Positions 14,620 through 14,811 of a stretch of 14,811 bases of DNA are shown piece by piece. The notes under the pieces were generated by a model, which saw nothing but the letters and a program-made list of their open reading frames with translations, made no database searches and was not told the DNA's origin. Origin of the DNA: a virus (taxonomy: Duplodnaviria > Heunggongvirae > Uroviricota > Caudoviricetes); IMG/VR virus record IMGVR_UViG_2548877010_000018, one strand, 5' to 3'. The translations under genes were made by a program, and so were the position numbers. The first letter of the stretch is position 1. Each line of letters opens with the position of its first letter.

Positions 14620-14811
14620 ATGACCGATACCAGCCTGATTCCTGAGAAAGAAGTGATGAACAAGCTCGGTGTTTCATCACGTCAGACAATCTGGAACTAT
14701 ACCAAACGGCACGGATTTCCGAAGCCAGTCAGAACCCACCCCAAATCATACCTTCGTGAAGCTGTTGAAGGGTGGATTCTTAACGGTGGCGTTAATCAGA
14801 AATGCTCCTGA
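14620..14811 (+). CDS. xis: Excisionase-like DNA-binding protein (putative Xis, AlpA/HTH type)
   Basis: 63-aa ORF ending with TGA at the window edge. HTH-like segment (VSSRQTIWNYTKRHGFPKP) and conserved W near the C-terminus, at the distal end of the leftward operon where xis/int are expected. Confidence 0.55.
   Translation: MTDTSLIPEKEVMNKLGVSSRQTIWNYTKRHGFPKPVRTHPKSYLREAVEGWILNGGVNQKCS

Noticed and set aside
1-14811. CRISPR arrays, tRNA or rRNA genes, integrase or att sites
   Set aside because: No regularly spaced direct repeats with unique spacers, no tRNA-like cloverleaf region and no integrase ORF seen; int/att presumably lie beyond the right edge after the xis-like gene.

Overview
This window is the early region of a lambdoid prophage from an enterobacterial (E. 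coli/Shigella-type) genome, carrying two inverted copies of an IS3-family insertion sequence (IS629/IS1203-like). All protein identifications rest on reading the supplied translations and on recalled family knowledge; no database search was run. Layout, left to right: (1) 1-657, the 3' part of one IS copy on the + strand, cut by the window edge. (2) 710-3738 on the minus strand, a rightward early operon: Cro-like, nutR, CII-like, a small ORF, an O-like initiator with ori iterons embedded in the gene, and a DnaB-family helicase. (3) 3739-4508, a divergent operator/promoter region and a cI repressor whose C-terminal half matches lambda cI as I recall it but whose DNA-binding half does not. (4) 4509-6000, the position lambda uses for rexAB, here holding a structured non-coding stretch plus a promoter-gene-terminator unit encoding an unrecognised 173-aa protein. 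This is my best candidate for an undescribed accessory or defence function. (5) 6000-10894, a candidate pL with nutL, an N-like antiterminator, an unknown ORF in the ral position, then ea10-cIII-kil-gam-bet-exo matching lambda as recalled. exo is split by a complete 1310-bp IS copy (9157-10466, minus orientation) flanked by a 3-bp AGA duplication. (6) 10885-14811, accessory early-left genes: orf60a/orf63-like, a TraR/DksA zinc finger, an Ea22-like protein, a PD-(D/E)xK-like protein, a reading frame interrupted by an in-frame TGA, a DUF551-like protein, small hydrophobic peptides, tandem terminators and an excisionase-like gene at the right edge. No rRNA, tRNA or CRISPR array was seen.
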